DNA from: Candidatus Binatia bacterium
Lineage (GTDB): Bacteria; Desulfobacterota; Binatia; HRBIN30
DNA length: 64,000 nt
NCBI GenBank assembly: GCA_038245295.1
Contig: JBBRSP010000009.1
Span: 168,241-232,240 of the forward strand
Reading direction: 5' to 3'
Every line of letters starts with the position of its first letter. The first letter of the stretch is position 1. The notes under the pieces are model-generated. The model was not told where the DNA came from, did no database searches, and saw nothing but the letters and a program-made list of their open reading frames with translations. This document shows positions 51,062 through 59,428 of the stretch, one piece after another. A program made the position numbers and the translations under genes.

Positions 51062-53097
51062 GACCTCACCGTCGGATCGCCCGGATCGTCCAGATCGCGT
51101 ATTCCGTGCAGATCTTGCCAATCCGACAGTAAGCGCACAGCCTCCTGAGCATCGCTGAATCGCAGTTGCGCCGCCGGCCGACGTTCGGCGACCCGGCACA
51201 GGCGCTCGACGGCGCGATTACGGTCGATTTGGAAGTCGAGTGATGCAGTGATCAGTTCCGCAACCGCTGCCGCGGGTGACAGCGACACGAGAGCCGTGCG
51301 CCCGCACAGCTGCTGGACTGCAATCACGATGCTCGCCAGCGGAGTGGGCGTCGGGCGGCGGCCGCCGTCACCGGCGCTAGAGTCCTCGGCGCCGAACGGC
51401 AGCACCAGGTTGTCCTGGACGCGAATGCCGACCACGTCCGACTCGAGCAAGTCCCAGCCCGCGGACTGCATGGCACTGCCGATCGAGTCGTCGCCGTCGG
51501 CGAGATCGCCGACGATCACCAGTGCCTCCCCGGCGCGCGTAAAGGCAGCCCCGTGCAACCACGCATGCCGCGGCCGCGCTCGGGTCAGGATCGGTACGGC
51601 GAGGCGCTTCACAAGGCCGCCGAGCTGGGCTGCGTCCGCTACCTCGCCAAGGTGTTTCCCGTCGTGCACGACGACATGGTTGGTGGTGCCGGAGACGATT
51701 TCGAATTCGGTGATGACATTGCACGGTAGCTGCCCCGGACCGCCGTCGAAGCTTGCGCCGACCCGAGACAACACATGCGGAGTGCGGCTGCGGATGGCGA
51801 TCTGCAGGTTCTCAAAGGTCAAGTAGACGCTGTCCAGCGCTGCTGCTCCGGAGTGAGCGCGTATGACCAAGGGCGGGTGGGCGGATATATTCGCCGGCGC
51901 GCCGGTGGCGAGGCTCTGCGGGGTGAGGAAACTCTCGGGCCACTCGCGCATCCACGCCGGGTTGATGCGCTGGGTGACGCGATTCCAAGAATACGGCCCC
52001 TCGGACTCTTCGATCATGACGCCGCGATCGAGCCCGACGCAGTCGCTGATGGCGTGTCGACCACGCTGGAGCGAAACACCGGTGGCGGGTATCTCGTTCC
52101 ACAGAAACCGGAAGGGCTCGTGCTTGCCGCGATTACCCCGGTAACGCTGGATGAGCGAGGTGAACGTGCTGGTCATCGTTCCGATGAAGTTCTTCGACTC
52201 GGCGGCGACCAGTTGCGAGAGGTAGGCCAGGCTCAGGCTGTCTTGCTGCGGCAGCTGCGTGAAGTCGGCCGCGTAGGCATCGAGAATGTGCCAATCGATG
52301 AAGAAATGACGCGGATAGGCGAGCGTCAGCGGTCGGAAGAAGGGATCGTCACGCTCGTCGGTGACGATGACGAGGGGATCGTTGCGGTCGAAGATCTGGT
52401 CGAGCGCCTCGATCGCGTCCTCCGGCTGCCGGTCGAGCGTGGTGACTCCGTAGGTGACTTTGAAATCGCCGCGCCGCATATGCACGGCGTTGAACGAGCC
52501 GAGGTCCGCCGCCACTCGTTTGGCCAGATCGGCGAACGGTGGCTTGGGGCGCATGTTTTCGAGAAGGCGATGTACCGAACGCCGCAACTCGGCGTCGAGA
52601 TAGAACTGGTAAGAGTAGAAGCAAAGATTGTTGCGGCGCCGTGGTTGCGACGGATCGGTGCCCGGTACAAACGGACTCTCCGAGAGCCTCAGCACGGGGA
52701 ATCGGTCGAGGTCTTCGCCGACGGTGAGCCAGTGCTCGCGCCCCCGGGCGAAGCCGCGTGCCTGTGCAGAAGACAGGTCCAGGGTGCACGGGAAGTAGAA
52801 GGCCACATCGCCGAGAGAGTGGTCGGTGAGCTCGAGTGCCTCGAGACCCTCCAGATCGACCGACGCGCTGTCGGCCCACGGCACCGGCAGGTCGATGAGG
52901 TCGGTGATCCGGCTCGGGCGCTCGTTGCTCACCCGGCCGTTGTAGGAAACGATGTTGGCCGGAGGAGAGATGTTCCCTTCGAGCACCAGAAAGCGATTGG
53001 TCAGGTGCGCCAGGATCACGCCGATCTCGATCGACATGACGCCGTTGCTCAGTCCGGCGTTGCCGGACATGTAGTTGGTGTAAGAGAGATGTCTCAT
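51058..53097 (-). CDS. O-fucosyltransferase-like (GT-B) domain fused to a degenerate HprK-like domain
   Basis: GLSNGVM..LAHLTNRFLVL, AVHMRRGDF, IVTD, FIGTMTSTFT; C-terminal WLHGAAF...ALVIVG...GWDLLESDV. Confidence 0.75.
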   Translation of the reverse strand: MRHLSYTNYMSGNAGLSNGVMSIEIGVILAHLTNRFLVLEGNISPPANIVSYNGRVSNERPSRITDLIDLPVPWADSASVDLEGLEALELTDHSLGDVAFYFPCTLDLSSAQARGFARGREHWLTVGEDLDRFPVLRLSESPFVPGTDPSQPRRRNNLCFYSYQFYLDAELRRSVHRLLENMRPKPPFADLAKRVAADLGSFNAVHMRRGDFKVTYGVTTLDRQPEDAIEALDQIFDRNDPLVIVTDERDDPFFRPLTLAYPRHFFIDWHILDAYAADFTQLPQQDSLSLAYLSQLVAAESKNFIGTMTSTFTSLIQRYRGNRGKHEPFRFLWNEIPATGVSLQRGRHAISDCVGLDRGVMIEESEGPYSWNRVTQRINPAWMREWPESFLTPQSLATGAPANISAHPPLVIRAHSGAAALDSVYLTFENLQIAIRSRTPHVLSRVGASFDGGPGQLPCNVITEFEIVSGTTNHVVVHDGKHLGEVADAAQLGGLVKRLAVPILTRARPRHAWLHGAAFTRAGEALVIVGDLADGDDSIGSAMQSAGWDLLESDVVGIRVQDNLVLPFGAEDSSAGDGGRRPTPTPLASIVIAVQQLCGRTALVSLSPAAAVAELITASLDFQIDRNRAVERLCRVAERRPAAQLRFSDAQEAVRLLSDWQDLHGIRDLDDPGDPTVRS

Positions 53098-53699
53098 GGC
53101 GCTGATCGAGTCGGCGCGATCGGGTGGTAGTGGACGAAGATGGCAGCGTAGTAGTCGCCGTGCAGGGGATAAGGCCGCCCATGCGCGAGGCGGGTGCCCT
53201 CGTAGAAAACCAACTCGCCGGGTGCCAGATCGATCTGGCTCACCGTGTCATCGATGGTCTCGAGATGCAGCGGCCACGGGCTGTCGAGTGCGAAGTCGAT
53301 GCAGATTGCCGAGCTGATGACGTGGGTCGAGCGATCCACGTGAGTAGAGAGGAAGGTGCCACGCTGATAGACGCGTATGCCGTAACAATAGGAGACGGCC
53401 AGCCGCATGCCCGCCCAGGCCTCGTGCTCCGGCTGCAGATCCAGGGCGAGCTGTGCGTTGAACTCTTTGTCTTCATAGATGAGGGAAGGAATCGTACCGC
53501 GATCGGCATTGCCGATCTCATCGATCTTGCCCTCGGCACGAAAGCGGTCGGCGTTGATCTGCAGATGGTCGAGCAAGCGGGCGTGGACGGCAGGAGAGAG
53601 GGCGCCCCGGCAAAAGCCCAACCCCCGGTAGTGGGCCGCGGCTTGCATTTCACTCTGCCGTTGCCGGAGGAAGGCAGGGGCTTCGAGCTCGGGAATCAC
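53094..53699 (-). CDS. 2OG-Fe(II) oxygenase-like protein
   Basis: YGIRVY, STHVDR (HxD), WPL, LVFYEG, AHGRP, FVHY; 4-bp overlaps on both sides. Confidence 0.78.
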   Translation of the reverse strand: MIPELEAPAFLRQRQSEMQAAAHYRGLGFCRGALSPAVHARLLDHLQINADRFRAEGKIDEIGNADRGTIPSLIYEDKEFNAQLALDLQPEHEAWAGMRLAVSYCYGIRVYQRGTFLSTHVDRSTHVISSAICIDFALDSPWPLHLETIDDTVSQIDLAPGELVFYEGTRLAHGRPYPLHGDYYAAIFVHYHPIAPTRSAP

Positions 53700-55015
53700 G
53701 ACGCCTTCCTCCTGCCAACGGGACGCCGATGGTGCAGCCGGTTGCGGGCGTCCAGGGCCAGGTCGAAGAAGCGCCGCTCGAGATCGCTCGACGCCCGCGC
53801 CCGGTAGCTCTCGAGATCGGCGCGCAAGAGGTCACTTTGGGCGAAGAGGTGTTTGTGCCATTCCGAGTTTCGAAACGGGCCGCCGGCGCCGTCGTTGACG
53901 TCGCAGTAGTAGTGGTAGAAGGAACCGTCCGGGATCGTCTCCTGCTGCGGCGGCAGCACGGCGAACTGGGGGGTGTCCAACAACTCGTAGTCGATGCCGT
54001 TGGGCGTCAGCGCCATGGCGAAGCACGCCATCTCCGCCACCCAGGTGGCCTGCCCCGGAAGGTCCAGGACCTTGCCCAGGAGGAACAGGATCTGTGCAGA
54101 GCGGAAGCAGTCGCGAATGACCTTCTGGTTGCGCACCGTTTGGCCGGTGACGAACACGGTCACACCGCCTGGCTTGAGCGGCGTTTCGCAGCCGATCGAT
54201 GCCAGCAGCTTGTTCAGGTCGATACCGCGGCCGCACGACAAGCCGCTCATGAAAGGCTGTTCGCCGATCATGGCGTTCCGAGCGAGCGCGTTGCCGCTTG
54301 GAAACAGGTCTTCGCGCAGATTGCCGTAGAGGAAGATATCGGTGTCCATGAGGCACACGACGTCGTCGGCTTCGACGTAGGGGGCGATCGCATGGAGCGC
54401 CTCGACGCGGTTCAGTGCCACGTGGCCGCCGCGGTTCTCCGAGAAGTCGATGTCATGGCTGCGCCCGTGGTTGGTCCCCGTGAGCGCTTGCACCCCGTAG
54501 ACGTTCAAGAGACGGGTGAGCTGCGGGGAGAACGAGGTGTGATCGTTGCACACGACCACCGTGATGTCCCACCCGAGGGGCACCTGGCCTACGAGCGACT
54601 CGAAAAGAATCGCCAACTGCCAATGAAAATAAGCGCGGTCTTCAATGCCGAATACAAACCGAACTGGTGGGCGGCCGGCCACCTCCGCGGCGAGGACGGG
54701 GCTGGAGGCATCGGCACGGCCCGGGAGTGCCGCGGCGCCGGTTTCGATCAGGTTGAAATTGCGAAACGCCAGTAAGGCAGCGGCAACGTCGGCGAGAACA
54801 TCAACCTCCGCTCCCGCATACTGCGCCCGTAACTCCGCAAGCATGCCGGGAAGCGTGTGGGTCCCGTCGCAGAGTTTCCAGATCGCCGCCCCGGATTCGT
54901 TCAACGCATAGGCCCGGCTCCCCTCCGGGAGCAGCAGCACTATCTCGTTGGCAACTTCAAAGGCCTTGATGTCGGAACACCGTCTCGGGCGCTGGGTACG
55001 TGCCAGATCGGTCAC
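53696..55015 (-). CDS. N-terminal PqqD/RRE domain fused to an HPAT/SERGT-like (GT-A) glycosyltransferase domain
   Basis: AYALNESGAAIWKLCDGTHTL...FRNFNLIE; then FVFGIEDRAYFHWQ...ALNRVEAL...LMDTD (DxD)...WVAEMACF...HY. Confidence 0.78.
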   Translation of the reverse strand: MTDLARTQRPRRCSDIKAFEVANEIVLLLPEGSRAYALNESGAAIWKLCDGTHTLPGMLAELRAQYAGAEVDVLADVAAALLAFRNFNLIETGAAALPGRADASSPVLAAEVAGRPPVRFVFGIEDRAYFHWQLAILFESLVGQVPLGWDITVVVCNDHTSFSPQLTRLLNVYGVQALTGTNHGRSHDIDFSENRGGHVALNRVEALHAIAPYVEADDVVCLMDTDIFLYGNLREDLFPSGNALARNAMIGEQPFMSGLSCGRGIDLNKLLASIGCETPLKPGGVTVFVTGQTVRNQKVIRDCFRSAQILFLLGKVLDLPGQATWVAEMACFAMALTPNGIDYELLDTPQFAVLPPQQETIPDGSFYHYYCDVNDGAGGPFRNSEWHKHLFAQSDLLRADLESYRARASSDLERRFFDLALDARNRLHHRRPVGRRKAS

Positions 55016-55024
55016 TCGTTCCGC

Positions 55025-55510
55025 TTACTTCTTTTCGTCCTCTTCTCGGCCTTTCGAGGGCTCGACGTGCTCGTCGTTGGCTGCGGTTGCGTTCTTCGCG
55101 CGGCGCCGCACGGCAGCCGCACCGACGCCGGCCAGACCAGCCGACAAGGCGGCGAGACCACCGGCCGTCAAGGCCGGAGCTTTGACCATCGGAGCCATCG
55201 TCGGGGCCGGCGCCCTCGTCGGCGCCATCATCGTCGGCTCCATCATCGGCGCCATGGTCGGCGGCATGGTCGGCGGCACTTGACCGTGCGCGGTTCGCGC
55301 GCCAATGGCCGCACCAAACGGGATCGATAGGATCACAGGTGCTACCCAGGTGCTGAGTGCCGTTCGGCGTGTGATCGGCCTGGTCAACGCCGGCTGTGAA
55401 GCGGCGGACACACCGTGCTCGGAGTCGTCGCGCCCAGCGAGTTGGCGGCGCAGTTCCTCGATCTCCGCCAGAAGCTGTTTCTTTGACTTGTCGTTGTCGC
55501 CTGACGCCAT
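55025..55510 (-). CDS. Putative RiPP-like precursor: Tat-type leader, Pro/Thr/Met repeat core, C-terminal IPTL-CTERM-like anchor
   Basis: GAGGAGG RBS; ITRRTALSTWVAPVILSIP...TAHG|QVPPTMPPTMAPMMEPTMMAPTRAPAPTMAPMVK-APALTAGGLAALSAGLAGVGAAAVRRR; first gene of the operon. Confidence 0.75.
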   Translation of the reverse strand: MASGDNDKSKKQLLAEIEELRRQLAGRDDSEHGVSAASQPALTRPITRRTALSTWVAPVILSIPFGAAIGARTAHGQVPPTMPPTMAPMMEPTMMAPTRAPAPTMAPMVKAPALTAGGLAALSAGLAGVGAAAVRRRAKNATAANDEHVEPSKGREEDEKK

Positions 55511-55651
55511 GCCACGCCCTCCTCGTCCAGTTTGCCAGGCAATTTCCTATACCGCGGGTGCGGGCATTGCAATGGCTTTTGAAGGGCCCGCACCCGCGCC
55601 GCGGATGGCTCCCGATTCCGCGGCGACCGTGCTAGTGCGAGCCCGCCTACG

Positions 55652-56692
55652 ATGTCCAGTCCACTGATCTTTGTCGCCATCGCGGCCTACAGCGACCCCG
55701 AGTTGCCGCGCACGCTGCGCGACGCGCTCGAGCAGGCACGTTGGCCGGATCGCCTTCGCTTCGGGATTTGCTGGCAAGCCGATCCGACAGACGCGCTGTG
55801 CCTCGACGAATTTCGTTCCGACGCGCGCTTCCGCATCATCGACCGGACCGTCGCCGAGAGCGCGGGCGGGCCATGGGCGCGCAATCGCGCTCAGTCGCTC
55901 TGGCGCGGCGAAGCCTATACGCTGCAGGTCGACTCGCACATGAAATTCGAGCCAGAGTGGGACTCGAAGCTCATCGAAATGCTGGCGGCGCTGCCGAGCG
56001 CCAAGCCGCTGCTGAGCATGAACGCGCCGCTCTTTTGGTTTGACGAAAATGGCGGGCTGCAGCGACGCTTCGACATGGGCGTGCCGACGACCCGGGTGCG
56101 CGGCTGGGAGGCGTCGAGCGGCTGGGCCCCCTGGTTCGATTTCGGCCCGCCGAATCGCCAAACACCCGGCCGCACCCGCTTCGTGAGCGGCGCCTTCGTC
56201 TTTACACGCGGCGAGTGGAACGTCGAAGTACCCCAGGATCCGGACCACTACTATTGGGGCGAAGAGTTCAGCGTCACGGTGCGTTCCTTCACCTGGGGCT
56301 ACGACCTCTTTCTGCCGACGGAGGTCGTCGCCTGGCACCTGATGCACAGAACCGCCCCCCGGCGGCATTGGGAAAAGGGGGAAACGGTCGTTCAACGCCG
56401 CAACGCCGTCGCCTTCGAGCGCCTGCGGCGCCTCGTCTACAGTGCCGAGGGACACTGGCTCGGTCCGTACGGCCTGGGGCGAGTTCGCAACTTGCGTGAT
56501 TACGAAATCTACGCCGGCTTCGATCTGTCCCGCAAGCGCGCTCATCCCGACGTCTTCACGGGCGCCAATCCCGCTCCGGTGACGATCCGCCACGCCGAGG
56601 ATTGGAACTCCTGCCTGACATGGGAGGAAGCGAAACGCCGCGGTCTCGATCGACCCGGCGCCGGGCAGGAACCCACCGGAGAGGCCGGCTAA
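55652..56692 (+). CDS. GT60-like ([Skp1]-hydroxyproline GlcNAc-transferase family) glycosyltransferase
   Basis: IFVAIAAYSDPEL, PDRLRFGICWQ, SAGGPWAR, GEAYTLQVDSH, YWGEE, RSFTWGYD; divergent from the precursor. Confidence 0.85.
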   Translation: MSSPLIFVAIAAYSDPELPRTLRDALEQARWPDRLRFGICWQADPTDALCLDEFRSDARFRIIDRTVAESAGGPWARNRAQSLWRGEAYTLQVDSHMKFEPEWDSKLIEMLAALPSAKPLLSMNAPLFWFDENGGLQRRFDMGVPTTRVRGWEASSGWAPWFDFGPPNRQTPGRTRFVSGAFVFTRGEWNVEVPQDPDHYYWGEEFSVTVRSFTWGYDLFLPTEVVAWHLMHRTAPRRHWEKGETVVQRRNAVAFERLRRLVYSAEGHWLGPYGLGRVRNLRDYEIYAGFDLSRKRAHPDVFTGANPAPVTIRHAEDWNSCLTWEEAKRRGLDRPGAGQEPTGEAG

Positions 56693-57738
56693 CGCTCCAT
56701 GAGATAGCGGTCCAATTGACCGATACGGCTGGTGCCGTATTTGGCGCCGTACCAGGCAGCGGTTCTGCGTACTCCCTCCGCCAGGCTCATCTGCGGCGTC
56801 CAACCGAGCTGCTGGCGGGATTTAGCGAGGTCTGCGGCGCGGCTCTTCACGCCGACGGGTTTGTCGAGTTGCTTGTCGATTTGCATCGGCTGCCAGTCGA
56901 CGGCCCGGAAGATCTCATCCAGCAGTTGCAGGATGGTATGGTGTTGGTCGGTGCCGATGTTGATGACATCGAAGCTCGAAAGCCGCGCACCCGCCAAAGC
57001 CAGGCCCGTGCAGGTGTCCTGCACGTAGGTGAAGTTGCGCGTCTGGAGACCGTTGCCCCAGATGGGGAAGGGGTCCAGACGCGCCATGGCCTTGGCGATG
57101 AGGGCGACCACCGCATGGCTCTCGTTCTCGCGTTCGCCGTAGGCGGTGAAGACACGACAGGCCACGGCGCTGAGCCCATGCTGCTTGACGAAGGCGCGCA
57201 GTTGCAGCTCGCCCATGAGCTTGGCCCAGCCATATTCGCCGTCTGCGAACGCCTTGCCCGGTTCGTCGAAGTTGGCGTCGCTTTCCTTCAGCAGCAGGCG
57301 CTCCGAGTCGCAGGCCTGCAAATGGGTGGGGTAGACGCACGCCGAACTGGCGAACACGATCTTCTCGACGGCGGCGGCCGCGGCGGCCGCGAATACCGTA
57401 TGGTCGAGCAGCATGTTGTTGGTGCACTCGACCGGATGCGTTTCGATGTAACCGCGTCCGCCGTGCATGGCCGCCAGGTGAAAAACGATTTCATGTCCGC
57501 CGGCCGCCTGCCGGGCCATCTCCGCAGAACGCAGGTCGCCCTGCAAGAAACGAATGTCGTGGATTACGTCGGCCAGGTTCTCCCGTGAGCCGCTCGACAG
57601 GTCGTCGGCGACCGTGACCCGCGCGCCGGCCCGCAAGAGCAACTCGGTGAGGTGGCTGCCGATGAACGAGGCGCCGCCGGTCACCAGTACGGTGCGGCCG
57701 CGATAGAAGCCGTCGAATTCGGGGTGCGGTGTTCCCAT
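56689..57738 (-). CDS. NAD-dependent epimerase, GDP-mannose 3,5-epimerase-like
   Basis: VTGGASFIGSH, HLAAMHGGRGYI, FASSACVYP, LKESDA, YGWAK, GVKSR. Confidence 0.8.
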   Translation of the reverse strand: MGTPHPEFDGFYRGRTVLVTGGASFIGSHLTELLLRAGARVTVADDLSSGSRENLADVIHDIRFLQGDLRSAEMARQAAGGHEIVFHLAAMHGGRGYIETHPVECTNNMLLDHTVFAAAAAAAVEKIVFASSACVYPTHLQACDSERLLLKESDANFDEPGKAFADGEYGWAKLMGELQLRAFVKQHGLSAVACRVFTAYGERENESHAVVALIAKAMARLDPFPIWGNGLQTRNFTYVQDTCTGLALAGARLSSFDVINIGTDQHHTILQLLDEIFRAVDWQPMQIDKQLDKPVGVKSRAADLAKSRQQLGWTPQMSLAEGVRRTAAWYGAKYGTSRIGQLDRYLMER

Positions 57739-57959
57739 GTCGAGACGCGTTCAAACCCGCGGCACCGCCGCAATACCCAATTCCTGCCAGGAGCCGCCAT
57801 TGCCGCTCGCCTGCCTTGGAAACATCAGCGCCTCCCGTTATTACCCAACAAGATACCAGCTTGCCCAACGCCTTTCGAGCCGCGCGGCTTGGGTGTGGGT
57901 GTCCCGCCATTCACTAACTGTCCGCTTCGCTGTCGTCCGCAACCAACTGGAGTCCTTCA

Positions 57960-59177
57960 TTGCGCCAAATTTCCTTTTGCTTACTGATTCTCTCGCTGTG
58001 CTGCTCAATCGCAGTCGCGGCGGCTCCTCCGCTACCGCAGGATCTCGCCTTCCCGGAAGCCATCACCGTCGACGCGACCGTCGGCAACTGGCTAGAGTTC
58101 ACCGAAGCGTCGGTTACGGTGAATGCCAGCGACGACAAGCGCGTGGTGGCCGGTCAGCTCTGGACGAGCAAGTTGGCCTACGTCGGACTGCCTGACTCGG
58201 CCGACAATGTCGCTGTGCTCGACGGGGTGATCGCAGCGATGCAGGCCACGGGCTTTACGCTGCTCAAGCGCTACGATTCGCTGCCGCCGTCGGCCGCGTT
58301 TCACCTCTTGAAGGATGGCCACGATTACTGGGCCGACGTCGCCGTGGCCTTTGCCGACGACATCCATCTCCGCGTGCTGATGACGGCGCCGAACACCGTG
58401 AAGGTGAAGCTCACGCCGCCCGCCGTACAGGTGGAGCCGATGCCGACCGCCGCGCAGAACTTTGCGTTCCTTCGCCAGATGCCCGGCTCCGGAGGACCGG
58501 AGACTTCGTCCCTCGGGTCGCCGTTCATGCTCGCGGTGCCCGAGCATGTGGAGGAGGTGCAGGTCGTTGCGTCCGATGCGATCGTCAAGTCCTACACCCG
58601 CCCGTCTCTCTCGAACGCGCAGCTGCTTGCCGTCTACCACCCTGCTCTCGTCGAAGCCGGATGGATCATTACGCATGAAGTTACGGAGGCGGCCAACATC
58701 GATGCCTCGATCGAAGCGCACTTCACGAAGAACGGGCGCGACATCTGGCTTGAGATACGGCGGGTAGGAGATAGCAACTACCAGATTCGCGTCGCCGATG
58801 TCGGGTCGCGAGACTTCAGCTCGACCCTTGTCAAGGACTGCCATGTGGCGCTCGACGGTGTGCTTTTCGACTTCAACAAGGCCACGCTCCAGAAGGAATC
58901 AGACGCGGTGCTCAATCAGGTGCTGCTCGCGGTGCGCCGGAACCCGACCCTCGTACTTGAGGTGCAAGGGCACACTGATTCCGTAGGGAACGACAACTCA
59001 AACCAGAAGTTATCCGAGGCCCGCGCGAAAGCGGTACTGGAATGGCTCGTCGCGAAGGGAGCAAGCGCGCAGCAACTCACTTCGAAAGGATACGGGGAGT
59101 CGCAGCCTATCGACGACAACGCCCGGCCCGAGGGTCGGGCGCGCAACCGGCGCGTCGAACTCGCCTGCCGAAAGTGA
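57960..59177 (+). CDS. Secreted OmpA-C-terminal-domain protein
   Basis: Signal peptide; GVLFDFNKATL, EVQGHTDSVG, NQKLSEARA, GYGESQP, GRARNRRVE. Confidence 0.9.
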   Translation: MRQISFCLLILSLCCSIAVAAAPPLPQDLAFPEAITVDATVGNWLEFTEASVTVNASDDKRVVAGQLWTSKLAYVGLPDSADNVAVLDGVIAAMQATGFTLLKRYDSLPPSAAFHLLKDGHDYWADVAVAFADDIHLRVLMTAPNTVKVKLTPPAVQVEPMPTAAQNFAFLRQMPGSGGPETSSLGSPFMLAVPEHVEEVQVVASDAIVKSYTRPSLSNAQLLAVYHPALVEAGWIITHEVTEAANIDASIEAHFTKNGRDIWLEIRRVGDSNYQIRVADVGSRDFSSTLVKDCHVALDGVLFDFNKATLQKESDAVLNQVLLAVRRNPTLVLEVQGHTDSVGNDNSNQKLSEARAKAVLEWLVAKGASAQQLTSKGYGESQPIDDNARPEGRARNRRVELACRK

Positions 59178-59428
59178 TCGGCGATCAGTTCGGCGTGTTC
59201 AATGAGAGGGAATTGGGGACGTGTAGGCGACTCGGGTGATTCGTCAGGGAATCGCCCATACGTCTGGATTCCGTCGCGCGTCGTGAGCATGGACCGATCG
59301 AAGAGTTGAGAAAATTCTCACAACGTCCCGCCCGTGCCTCTGCCAGAGCTCGCACGCAAGCAGTGGAAGATCGTCGCGCTCGATTGCGGCACGGGCATCT
59401 GCGTCAGTCGATGCGATTCTACCGTACG

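Noticed and set aside
48975..55015. PQQ, lasso-peptide or radical-SAM RiPP cluster, suggested by the PqqD domains
   Set aside because: No PqqB/C/E, CxxxCxxC radical SAM, asparagine-synthetase-like cyclase or transglutaminase-like peptidase in the window.
55511..55651. Promoter for the precursor operon
   Set aside because: TTGCAA and TATAGG on the minus strand are only 15 nt apart and no clear sigma54 motif is seen; too weak to call.
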